Source: Rhodosorus marinus CCMP1338 (lineage: Eukaryota; Plantae; Rhodophyta). Taken from it: DNA of 64,000 nucleotides. The DNA lies in contig JAMWBK010000009.1 in NCBI GenBank assembly GCA_029953675.1, forward strand, positions 186,001-250,000, given 5' to 3'. Under the pieces are notes generated by a model. The model saw nothing but the letters and a program-made list of their open reading frames with translations, was not told where the DNA came from and did no database searches. The stretch's first letter is position 1. Each line of letters begins with the position of its first letter. This document shows positions 1 to 12,157 of this stretch, in pieces. The translations under genes were made by a program, and so were the position numbers.

Positions 1-718
1 ACATTCAGATTCGAACCAATCATTCGATTCAGAGTCACCAAGGGATGGCCGTACAAAGACACGATTGGTCCTATTCTTCCAACACCCGATAATATCTACT
101 AAAAACAATAAAATATAAATCCCCAAAGAATGAATTTAGATACTATATGACAATATTCACAAACCCGTTGGACCGAAAATTAATTATTGATTGACTAATA
201 TATGAATTCATAATATTTAACCATTATTCAGTCAATATTCGCCCATCCGGTGTATAAAAATAATTAAAAACGAATTGCGGTACATTAAAACTAAACGGTC
301 TTGTATTATATGTGGAAAATTCGATATCAATAAGAACAAAACAAAAGGAGCCGCCTGGGGGGGAGGAAGAGGAGGCAGGAGGAAGCTACTATTCCCTTAT
401 TTTTGTATCAAGTTTCTTTTTTCGTTTACCCTTTTCAAGAGTTGGGACAGGAGCCTTGTGTTTTTAGACATTTTGAGAGGTTTATGGGAGTGAAGGGGAA
501 GGGGGGTTCGGGGGAGCATTTCGCAAAGGAAGTTTGGAGGATGTTAAAAGGGAGTAAAAAAATTGATCATCTTAAAGGAAGTTTTGGGGTTGAATGGGAG
601 GCAAGTTGAGATTCGGATAGGAGGATGGGGTGGCGGTGGTCGCTGTGTGTGGATGGGTGATTAATAGGATGGGTTATAAAGAGGGGAGGATGTCAGTGGA
701 GTGTTTGAGTGACGACGG

Positions 719-2510
719 ATGTATAGTTTGAAAGGATGGAGAGGAATAGAGCCTGGCTTTGGTGTTTGGGTCAGGTCTGGAGTTGACGGGAGCGGTGTGA
801 GAGGAAGAAGAGCGGTTTGCGAGATGGGGATGATGAAGGAGTCTTCTCTGCCTGGGCACGCGTGGCCATTGAGGCCCAGGACTGAGGTGAAGTATCCATT
901 ACAAAAGAGCATCGTTCGGTTTGTCATGGGACACCCTCGGAAGAATGTGCCCTGCGTGCAGCTGAGAGATTCAGATGAGTCGGAGTTTGCAATCGTAGTC
1001 GAGGCCGGTGCGATGCGCGAATGCCTAACTATCAGGAACGGCTTTTGTGAGGAGTGGATTGACGTGGAGTATGAGGATATTGAGCAATTGGAGATCATGT
1101 TCAGAGTTCAGAAAGGTGGTGTCGAGATTGGCAGACTGGCGATTCTGGGTACAGATTTGCGGGAACGACAAGGGTCTCTTCGAAAGCCGCTCATGGAGAA
1201 CAGCGTTATTGGATACTTGACGATTGACTATCTCGTAGTTACCAACTTGCCAGCAGCTGAAATGGCCACCGTAGAGGATGGCATCAGCAACGTTCGGGCT
1301 CCAAGATTTGTAGGTCACCGGGGCTCTGGTGCGAAAGGTACCTCTCCATATATGGAGAACACTGTGCTAAGTTTCGTAAACGCCACGAGGACATCTGATG
1401 TGACACATGTGGAGCTGGACGTGCAGCTAACAAGGGATGGTGTACCAGTCATCTTTCACGATTTTCACGTTCCATTGAAGACGAACGACGAGAAAGCTTC
1501 ATGCATGGTTCCTATTTGCTCCATGACAAGCCAACAGTTTGTCGATTTGGATCCAGCGGTCTTGTGCGACGACGACACTCACCTGTCCGACGATGATTCT
1601 ACGTTGAGGTCCCGAACTAGCGTTAGGGCGCCGTTCAAAAAGCCAAGGGCGCGAGTCGAGCTGGGAGGGCCGGTGAAGGATTTAATGCCGAAGCTTGCAG
1701 ATATTTGCAATGAGGTAAGTGCATTGACTTTTTGTGCTCGAATAAGCCACTTTGGAAACGGACACTCAATAGCCTGTTCGCACCTTCCTACCATGTTTGT
1801 GTACATAGTGCCCCGTTGAAATCGGACTAATGATCGAGCTCAAGTACCCGACGCTAGAGTACCTCGAGGAGTACAAGATTCATTTTCCAAGCCGAAACCT
1901 CTTCGCCGACAGAGTCTTGGAGACAGTCCTGGAGACGGAGGGAAACTCAAGGAGGTCGATTATTTTCCTCACTTTCGATGCCGACTTGGCCATGATTTTC
2001 AGGGCGAAGCAGTCTCGGTATCCCGTCTACTTCCTATCCGAGGAGTACGGTGACGATTCTGGAGGCGCGACGACTGAGTACTACGACTGGAGGTGCATAA
2101 GAGGAGAGAATGCTGTGGATTTTGCAAAGGCCGTTTCTTTGCAAGGCAACGTGTTTTTCGTGGATGTTGCTCTGCAGAAACCGTACTTGGTGGAGCGTGC
2201 GCATCAGAAGGGACTGGTTTTGATGACCTACGGCAAGGCCAATTCTAATAGCGCCATTGTCGAGAAGCAGCTTCAGCTGAAAGTTGACGGTGTCATCGCG
2301 GATAACGTGAACCTGCTGACCACCGAGCTACTTGGTACCGAGGCCAATGAATCCGAGGAAGAAAAGACTGCAAAGATAAGCAGGGACACACCAACTTCTG
2401 ATATTTTCACCAAGCGGTCTACCTCGAAGGCTTCGTCGGTGACAGCTGCAAACGAATCGGAGAACGCATCGGGCCCTCCTCAGGCACCAGGAGAGTCGAT
2501 GACAGTGTAA
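719..2510 (+). CDS. Glycerophosphodiester phosphodiesterase (GDPD; GDE1/GPCPD1-like), 2+ exons; 5' start uncertain
   Basis: FVGHRGSG...ENTVLSF...VELDVQLTRDGVPVIFHDF GDPD motifs. A phase-0 GTAAGT..TAG intron at 1715-1808 joins ORF 719 to ORF 1830 (..ICNE|CPVEIGLMIELKYP). Confidence 0.88.
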
Positions 2511-3145
2511 ACTCGCAAACCAGCAGTCCGCAGGATCAACTGCGTTTTTGACCACATTCGTGGTAGGGATGCTGAGAAAGATCAACAAGCGCAGTACCCT
2601 CACCAATCGGTGAAGATGTAATGTAGCATAATTTATCGTCCCACGCGAAGGAGTACCAGCCGATTACAATGCCATTTGTACTCTGGAGCGCTTAAGTTTA
2701 TTAACGACTTATTATCAAGCGAAAAGTTTCTTGAAATTGGTTGCTACTGAAGAAGAACACATAGTCCACCTGCAGAGTTTTCGTCATTACGTTTTTGGCC
2801 AGAGGGAGACACTGATCTCCACTCACCACCCTCCTGGTCAACACCCTACCCACATTTTAAACGGTAGCTAGGCTTCCTTCTCGTCCATAGTTCCTCTCAA
2901 GTCCAATTGCAGGATTTCATACAACGGAACAGAAAAGCCTCCTCCGTGACTTGGCTGTCGAAGGTCTGGAAGACATTAAGTTCCAGGAGGAAGAAGATGT
3001 CATCATCGTCTGTTCGACCATTGTCGCGATCTCATCAATCGATTTCGTCAACAGCTGTCAACCACAAAAAACTACTCAAATTGGAGTATTACTAAAACTA
3101 CTCAAATACTAGAATCGTTGTCCAGCTGTTCTGGCTTCCAACATC

Positions 3146-3363
3146 TGAGAACCTCTCCCCTGACAGCCATGTAATCCGTCTATGTTTTAGTGTAGGGCAC
3201 CTACTTTTAGTGCAAGACGTCAATGTTTTAGTATCCACTAGTTTCTACTTTACTGCCATGTATTTTTTAGTTTACAGTAACCAAGACTATATAAGGCCTA
3301 GCTTTGCTAGACCTTGAGACCTAGAATTGAGCAAAAGACAAGTTGGTTCGAAGAGTTCTAACA
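3146..3363 (+). repeat. 5' LTR (~218 bp)
   Basis: TGAGAACC...CTAACA, matching 6992-7208 with about 11 substitutions and 2 indels by eye; contains a TATATAA box. Confidence 0.9.
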
Positions 3364-3724
3364 AAGCGGTCTCATCCGCCGGAAGAAAGGAAAGGCTGAT
3401 TTACGAAGAGAGAGAGAGAAACCAACTTCAACAACAAAAAAAAAAAGGCCGGGAACATGGCAACTTTCTCGATTCCCCAAGCGGACGAATACGACGGCCG
3501 GCGCGACTACGTCAGGATCGAGACGTTTCTGGCGTCATTGCGCGGCTATCTCGGGTTCCGCGCAATCGCCAATGCCGACCGGCAGTCGGTCCGGTACGCG
3601 GGCCTCTTTCCTTAAGGGCCAGGCTCAAACCTGGTACCAGGGTCTAGTCCGAGGACCGGACGGCATATCGGAGACCCTCGAATCTCTGGACGCATTCGAG
3701 GCAGCTAACAGCAACCACAACCGG

Positions 3725-4074
3725 TTTCCTTTTCTAGTCGATGTAGACCCTGGCTGATATCTTCGCGCTTGATTAAGTATTCTGGTTCCGTGCCACATTC
3801 TAACGCCAACCGATGGTGCCTTAAGAAGTCAACGCCAATGTACACAGTTGACGACACAACCGTCACAAGCCCGAGCTCGACGACAACGACGCTCACTCTA
3901 AACGGCACAACGTTTGAAACCACGCTACGAGTTTCAAGAATCTAAGCCACGATGTGTACATTGGCGTTGACTTCTAAAGGCACCATCGGTTGGCGTTAGA
4001 ATGTGGCACGGAACCAGAATACTTAATCAAGCGCGAAGATATCAGCCAGGGTCTACATCGACTAGAAAAGGAAA
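3725..4074. repeat. 122-bp inverted repeat (3725-3846 / 3953-4074, 1 mismatch, 106-bp spacer) inside the retroelement
   Basis: The left arm is the reverse complement of the right arm. The same peptide LALECGTEPEYLIKREDISQGLHRLEKE appears in ORFs on both strands. Confidence 0.95.
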
Positions 4075-6991
4075 TCGAAATGAAGCCACAAGATCCAGGC
4101 TTACAGGGGATCACAATCATGGAAGCTGAGGAAGAAGTAGGGGAGAAGCACACCGACGAAGGGAATACGGGGTGCGATGATGCCCTCAGAAAGGAGTTCC
4201 CGGATGTGTTCAAGGAGAAGTTGCCGGTGTCGCCGAAGGAACGGGAGAAATACGCGCTCCACATCACCTTAGAAGCCGGGGCACGAGCTCCAGCACAAAG
4301 AGCATACCCGATGTCCTTAGTCGATCGTGAACAGCTACAGAAGGAGTTAAAGGATCTGGAACAGCAGGGCGCCGCGCCTGCGCTGTACGTCGAAAAGAAA
4401 GACGGAGGGGCGACGCCTGTGCGTAGACTACCGCCCGCTGAACAACATCACAGTCAGGGAAAGGACGACTCCGCCAAGAGTCGAGGAGCTCATAGACACG
4501 TTGAGTAACGCTCGGGTGTTCACAACGTTAGATCTCCGGTCCGGCTACTGGCAACTTCCTATTGAGCCAACATCACGGGAAAAGACTGCGTTCACGACGT
4601 GCTTTGGACAGTACCAGTTTCCACTCATGACATTCCTGTCATGCCGTTTGGGTTGAAGAATGCGCCCTCGGTGTTAATTCGCTACCTGACGGATGTGTTG
4701 TATGACCTTATCAACGAATGCCCGGTGTTGTACGTCGACGATATCCTGATTTACTCGGCGACTCAGGAGGACCACGAGAAGGATGTCCAACGGGTACTAC
4801 GACGACTAAAGCAACATCAACTACTCGTCCAAAATTCGAAGTGCCAGTTGGGAGCACGTCAAGTGTGCTACGTAGGTCAAATCTTGGCGGGAGGCACTCG
4901 TCGTCCCGACCCAAAGAAGGTGGAGGCCATTCAGGGTTGAAAGGCCCCAACCACTGTCAAGGAAGTACGGGCGTTCATGGGCTTCGCAAATTTTCTACGG
5001 CCGTTTGTTCCTCGCTTTGCGCAAGTAGCTGCACCACTTCACGCACTAAGGAAGAAGGATCAGCAGTGGAACATGGCAACAGGAGGAGCAGCACGCCTTC
5101 GACGACCTCAAACGGTCCATATCGACCACCACCACTCTGCACGTGGTCGACCCGACGCTCCCTTTCATTGTTCAAGTGGATGCAAGTGACGCGGGTGTCG
5201 GTCTGTTCTCCTTCAAACGCGGCAAGACCAGGAGGTGCCAGCGGCGTTTATGTCGCGAGCATTCAACACAACGGAAAAGCGATACAGCACCTACGAGAAA
5301 GAATTGTGTGCCATCGTACTGGCAGTACGACAATGGTCAATATACCTCGATGGGCAACATTTTATCGTGCGTACGGACCATATCCCGGTGCGTTTCCTCC
5401 AAACGCAAACGACTTTGACTCGACGGCAAGCAAGATATGTTAACTTGCTATTGCCGTATTCCTTCGAGATTGAATACATAGGAGGGAAAATCAACGTAGC
5501 GGGCGCACGGAGCCGGGCGCCTTACGAGCCATACGCGTTACCCCGAGTACGGATTGGAATGTGGATTACCTGGCCGACCCTGAGTTCAGTACGCAATTCC
5601 AGAGGCCTGGCCAGCTTGAAGGTTTTCAACGAAAAAAAGTGCCTACTCTTCCTACATGCGAGGCTCTGTGTACCCGACAACCGCGTCAACGAAGTCATCG
5701 ATACGCACCATACATCAGTAACAGCAGGACATTTTGGGGCACAAGCAACGTATCGCCTGATACGCCAACGTTACTACTGGCCGAACATGCGGAAGGACGT
5801 ACTAAAACGCGTACAACAATGCGAGGTATGCGCACGTGAACAACCACTGCGACGAAACCAGAGCGAGCTGCAACCCTGCCCATACCGGAAAAACCGCGCG
5901 GTCGCTTGGGCATGGATTTTGAGACCGGATTTCCGAATGTCGCGGGACATGATACGATTCTGGTTGTGGTGGACCGACTCACGAAGTTCGCCGTATTCGT
6001 TCCAACGACGAAGACAGTGACCGCAGAAGAGGTGGCAACGCTTATTGCGAAGTATATTGTAGCGTTGTTCGGACTACCCCGGAGCTTCGTAGCAGATCGT
6101 GATAAGGTCTTCACAGCGACCTTTGGGCGACACCTTCTGCGATTGAAGGGGGTTCAACAGCTGCTCTCTACCGCGTACCACCCCGAAACGGATGGACAGA
6201 CGGAACGGGTGAATCAGACCCCACAAATTATGCCGAGATGCTGTTGTACCAGTCAAACATGGATGCAGTGTCTACCCCTACTTCAGCTGGCCTACAACAA
6301 CCGTACTTCGGCCAGTACGGGATATTCACCGTAATTTCTGTTAACCGGAGGGCATCCGCGTTTGAACTTGGGCGTCTCAACCCCAACCCCGGCGACTACT
6401 AATCTTGCCGTCGCGGCGACTGCTTTCGTGAAACGACAACAACAAATTCTTGCAGACGCACGCAAGTCCATAGCCCTGGCGCAGGAGTTATATACTGACC
6501 ACGCGAATTCACGGCGTCACACGAAGGTGTTCAACATTGGTGACAAGGTCTATTTGTCCAAGCGCAACCTCGCTTTGGAAGGCCCGATGCGGTTTCGACC
6601 TCTCTGGTTAGGCCCCTTTCCAATCATCGAAAAACATTCGGACGTCGCGTACACGCTACAGGTACCTGATGAAATGCGGGTACATTTCATGTTTCCTTAC
6701 TGAAGAGCGCACCGCCTGGGACAACTGAAACCCAACATATTCCTGTCCGAACCAATCTACGCCTAACGCAACCTGTGCTATCGGTATTGAGCGTGCGTAC
6801 TGACGATGAAGCACCCGCCAGTTTCTATGCTACCGCGAAAATGGATCGTGGACGGATGCTATTTGGCTCCCTGAATATGACTATCCTACGGATACGCTGT
6901 CTCGAGAACGCATCCGTCTACCTCAACTACCGAAAAATGCTCGATGCTTTTCAACTTCTTGAGTTTGTGCCCAAACTCTGCGCGAGGAATG

Positions 6992-7208
6992 TGAGAACCT
7001 CCCCTGACAGCCATGTAATCCGTCTATGTTTTAGTGTCAGGCACCTACTTTTAGTGCAAGACGTCAATGTTTTAGTATCCAGTTGTTTCTACTTTACTGC
7101 CAGGTATGTTTTAGTTTACAGTAACCAAGACTATATAAGGCCTAGCTTTGCTAGATCTTGAGACCTAGAATTGAGTAAAAGACAAGTTGATCCGAAGAGT
7201 TACTAGCA
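6992..7208 (+). repeat. 3' LTR (~217 bp)
   Basis: TGAGAACC...CTAGCA, direct repeat of 3146-3363, preceded by a short purine run (gaggaa). No clean TSD found. Confidence 0.9.
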
Positions 7209-7723
7209 TCCATTTGTCCGGGCAATGGATAGGATGGCCCTGGTGACCCAGAGTTGTTCAATATCGAATCCTAGCATGCCAGCGTAGAGAAATGTGAAAA
7301 TTTTCCGAGATAGGGCAGCTTTGTTGGTTAAGTCTGGACTAACTTGAGAACCCCTTAACGCCCTTCGGCTAAATCTTGGCGTGTATGGATGGCACCCACG
7401 CGTGAAATTCCGCATCTAGCAGTATCGATTCTCGGGGTTGCTGGATTGCAGGTCTTCTTGTTTAATTTCGGTGCTTTCCATGAGGCGATTGCCAAAACAG
7501 TTGGTCAAGGCATGAGAAACCCTAGCGGGAGAAAAAAAAACGTGTGAAGACAACGGTTGTGGAGACGATGAATGGGTTTGCACGGGGTCGGCGCTTCACT
7601 CCGACGGGTCGAAAAGCTGCTCTCAGATATAACAACAACAAGCATCCGCTTTCTGTTCTTTTATCCTTCGCAAGAAAATCCTATTACATATAATTATTAC
7701 GCCTTAAATATATCTATTTTTCG

Positions 7724-8292
7724 TTAATACTTAATCTTTTGACTGGACAACTTCAGCTCCTCCTCGCACACGAGCTCGAGCGAGAGAGACGACAAAGCAT
7801 CAAATCCCGGACTGGAGCCTCGGGAGAGGCTTATCGGAGAAACGTCCCGACAGACTCCTCTAACTGGGGTTGTGATCTCGGCTACTTCAATAACTGATGT
7901 ATTCCTATATCGGAGCTCAATCTCTCCGAGGCAGTTATCTCCATCTGCAACAGAGCTCCTTAGACAACCTCTGGAAGTTCTGTTGGAAACCTCGGGGAAG
8001 TTAGCTATACCAGCGGTCTTACCCTTTCCGGTTCCAATCCTGACCGAAAACGGGACCACAGGTAACTCCACTTCGACACTCTTTCCTTTTCTTACGTGCA
8101 CCCAAACTTCTCCATTAGCCCAAAAGAACTGAAGAAACGCAACGAAGGAAGGAAGACAAGGTCAGATATCACTACAGAACACCACGACGCACTGACCGGC
8201 ACAAAGCGAAACTGGCTACTTACTTTCAAGAATTTGACGGATTCGTTCCCATCCAACCGGATACTGGCGACTTCAACCTTCAAGCTCCTCAT
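7724..8292 (-). CDS. Hypothetical protein, spliced; ends uncertain
   Basis: A phase-0 GTAAGT..CAG intron at 8223-8129 (95 bp) joins ..VKFLK|FFWANGEVWVHVRKGK.. in frame. C/A-rich region at 8300-8800 resembles the 5' ends of other minus-strand genes. No recognised domain. Confidence 0.4.
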
Positions 8293-11200
8293 CGATCCTT
8301 ACCAACAGGAACCCCTTAACAGAAAAACTTCCTCCCAAACACGAGCAGGCAAAAAAAACAACAACAGTTCAGCCCTTAGAAAGCCCTCAATTAATCTAGT
8401 ACCTTCATACCCACCAACCTCCCATGCATAACTCCCACCGTTCTCCCCCACTTCTCATCTGCACTACCACGAACTCCTTATATACATCCCATTCCGCACA
8501 AAAACAGAACAAATACTCTCCCTGTCCAAAACCCGTAACATCCTTTTCGATCCATAACCTCCTAAAAAAACACTAAAAACAAAATACACAAAATCCAATC
8601 CTCGAAAATCCTATACATCAAACAAAGCCCCTTCCTCATCAATAATATAATATATTTTCCGCACTAATATATTTTAACCCTCCGCCTATACCCCCCCGTC
8701 CTTTTCCCTCCCAACAGCACAAATCTCTGCAACTCAACTCAAACATCATCATCTGACATTAGAAACACAGGGAAGACGTAAGACACACACACACGCACAA
8801 CACCACGAAAGTGAATACGTGCATTTCTACAGTTCAATAGATGATTATACCCCTCTTATAGTATATTTATAAAATATATGCTAGAGGCCCTATTATTTTA
8901 TAAATTCAATATATGTATATGGAATACAACCCTCGGCTCCCCCCCCCCCTTGGTTTTGCTATATTTGTGAAGTCATAATTTGATGTCCTATATTTCCTTG
9001 AAGAAAATTGTGTCGATGGTGAATGCTGCTCTCCAATAAAACATAGTCAAGGGAAAGCTGAATTGTTCTTGTTTTATTAGAGGATGAGATTTCTTACATT
9101 TCCAATATATGGCAAGCCGCGCATATTTATATATATTTTTTTGTGGCTCGTGTTGTCTAGCCAAGATATTGAATGGGAAGAAATATAAGGGGGGTAGGCG
9201 GACGTGGGAGAATAGCGGTGGACCAGATTTTATAGTTTTGAAGAGAATCTATATGAGGTTGGAGTGTAGACTGTAGATGAGATCGTAGGGGTTTTGGTTC
9301 ATGACCAGCGATGAAATTCTGCTGGATGTGAAAAAAGGGATGGTTGGAACGTACTAAATTTTAAGTTCTTTCATGGTCAGGTACAAGTGGCCACCAAACT
9401 CTGAACTGCGCCTTTTATATGGGGAAAACCGTTTTTTTTTGTTAGGGACAGAGGTTAAAGGTATGAAAAAGATACTCATTTTAAAATATCTCGGCCTTGA
9501 TCAGTAATATTGCTTTAATGTAGAGCTGCTTTTTATGGAGGCTTCCTAAGATACTCAAAAAGAGATAAACTTTAGGATTCTACACATCAAGATTTTGTTA
9601 CTACGTGCATGTATTTCCAATTATGTTCTTTTTAAGTGGGTAAATTAACGAATACATACAGAAGAGTGAAGGAACGCGTATCGCTAGCGTTCTCGTTCCT
9701 ATCCTTGTTCGAGATGCGTTGGAAGCTCTTTCCCAATGCCGTAAACCATGGTTTTGATTATGAGAATACGTCAAAATATAGATCAAAACGCCCAACTTTC
9801 TTTTCAAAACAGCCCTGCCGCCCTTGCTCTTTGGGAGATCGTATCCAGGGACGATCCACGACAAATTTGTATTTCGCTGAAAATTTGTCGAGTGTGACGC
9901 GGATCCTTGGTATTCAACGTATCAAGGAATTGTTTTTTTCGGAATTGATAAACAAATCATTTACGATCGAGCGGATCCAATTTTACGGTTCATATATATG
10001 AATCTGTAAAGTTCTTAACGTTTTTGCACTGAAAACAATTGTACACTCGATATCTCTTGCTACTAGTGTGGCTTGACCTCGACTATCCATTGGCTGGAAA
10101 GATGTGTTGTCCTATACGTAAGAAAATTCTTCATTTTCAGATATCTTGGGCGAAATACCCGGTGGACATAGGGGGGTGGATGGCGGACAGGACAAAACGA
10201 GTCGGTTTCAAATTTTCTTGAATAAAGTTAAATTATGGTTGTATTGAACAACTCCTTCGGTTCATAACATCCTTATTCTACACTCCCTTTTCCAGTTCAT
10301 GTCTGGAACGAGTGTCCAGGGATTCAGATCGTGAATAAGAAGCATTTCTATGAGGGTTTTAGCTAAATTCGTTCTGTTTTTAATATAGAAGCAAATATCT
10401 CGTGTGGTAGACAGACGGACACTTTCAGTTTTTGTTTTTTTTGTATTGTGTCTTACTGAGTAGCAAATTTAGATTCCCTAATTTAGATTCCGTGCAGAAG
10501 TGATATTGCCAAACGGTCAGGGATAGTTTGTCTGGCGTCTGTGGATGGAAGGCCTAACCAGATCTAAACTCCAGGGACGAGCAAATCGATTGATTGCTTC
10601 TAGATTGCTTCTAGGGCTGGAGGCATAACGGGCCTGGTCAGCCCCTCGCCGACCGGGACGCTCTGATACACAAGGGGGAATATGCCTGAAACCAGGACAT
10701 TAGTTCGATATCTCTCTCTAGGAGAACTTCAAACTCCCAGGCATTTCGCTCTACTAAACGAAGGGAGGGGGCAACGAACTACCTGTGGAAGTTGAGCTAG
10801 CTCATGAACGGGGTCGTTCGCTCCCTTTTGCTTCAGACAGGTACCTGACAACTGGCTGAACATCGAAGCTCAGGTGAATTCATATCCTGAAGCGAGTACT
10901 TGGAGTGTTCCAAAAGCACGCTCGTCCCTCCCCTCCCCCTCCTCCCTCAGCTGCGTACCCTCAACCGCCTCTTGCCAAGCTCTCCTAACAACGTGCCCAA
11001 AACTCAAAAACTAAACACTTCAAAACAGCATAATAGAGGAGAAACATCGCTTCCAAGTGCGATGACATCCAATTAAAAATAGACAAGCGAAATCATCTCC
11101 AAAAACAATTACTATTCATGGATCCAAGTCCGCCGTCGGTGCATTCCTATTCGGAACAAATTAGCACGTTTCGAAGGGCTCTGAACAGCTTTTTGTTCTG

Positions 11201-11645
11201 CAGTAATAAATTTACTATGAGCAACCAACCAATGAGGAGGGAGAAAAAGTTAGCCGCTTTTGAGTGCCAGACTGGATCGTTTGATTTTGGTCGCGTTGTC
11301 AACGGCGGATGCTGGTTTTGAACAAGTTCTTGATTCGATGAGCGAAAGCTACGCAATGTGTTGTGTTCCAATGTATTTATGAATTAGGTGATGTGGTGTG
11401 CAGGAGGCTCGTTCAGAAAACAGGCTAGGTGTTTTCAGTTCAACTGGAACGGCAGCTTCCAAAATGGTGGTTTGGAACACTTGATGTCAAGCGTGCGAAA
11501 GGGGCGCGGATGCAGCGGTTGCTTCACCCGCACCCAATTTGGGCTTTTTTTGGAGTTTCGATGTGCAGATGAGTGAGTTGATTTTGGCGAACTGTTCTGG
11601 TTCGCAGACGTGCGTTGGGTTCAGTGGATTCTTAAACGGTACAAG

Positions 11646-11865
11646 CGCCCGCGGGCGAACCGGATGAAACGAGGTCGCCGGGTCTTGACAAGAGTGAGCG
11701 GATGCCATGAGCACTTTCCAGCAACCAAAACAAAATCCAATTTAAGCCTTTACATCGCCCGCGAGCGAACCGGATGAAACGAGGTCACTGGGTCTCGACA
11801 AGAGTGAGTGGATGCCATGAGCACTTTCCAACAACCAAAACAAATTTCAATTTAACGCTTTACAT
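11646..11865. repeat. Tandem duplication of a 110-bp unit (~91% identity)
   Basis: Units 11646-11755 and 11756-11865, 10 mismatches by eye. Confidence 0.9.
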
Positions 11866-12157
11866 AGCTAGAATGAATAATTATTTCACTATACAAACAC
11901 ACTCATGAATTCAGTAAGCATCGTCCAAGTTGACAGGGCTCCAAAACACGCATAGTAGACCATAACACCGAAGCGCCAGCGCTTGTCCACGATAATCGGG
12001 ATTCATCCTCCGGGCAAGGCTATAAGTTGAAGGCCGACTTAAGAGGAATCAACTCCCGTTAACAAATGCCAGCCGATACTCATCATTACTTTAAGGCATT
12101 GCCGGCCCCAATGCTTCGATTCGGGATTGGAACCCGCGAAACGATTTGAAGGTCCAC

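Larger units (their letters stand above)
3146..7208 (+). mobile_element. Decayed Ty3/Gypsy LTR retrotransposon (gag-PR-RT-RH-IN order, frameshifted)
   Basis: Direct terminal repeats. Gag start MATFSIPQADEYDGRRD at 3457; protease tail HDVYIGVDF; RT MPFGLKNAP and YVDD; RNase H DASDAG and YEKELCAIV; integrase HHCC, DRDKVF, YHPETDGQTERVNQ and GPF motif. Several frameshifts and stops. Confidence 0.95.

Noticed and set aside
10660-10669. GTATCAGAGC (minus strand) resembling an iMet primer-binding site
   Set aside because: Lacks the TGG end, and no adjacent LTR or retroviral coding sequence was identified.
11388-11700. Possible small spliced gene with a GTGAGT..CAG intron
   Set aside because: The intron would be only 35 nt, against 75-190 nt elsewhere, and the spliced frame stops almost at once.
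11646-11865. Hammerhead ribozyme or C/D snoRNA in the 110-bp repeat
   Set aside because: CGGATGA deviates from CUGAUGA and there is no stem II or GAAA arrangement; no C/D box pair.
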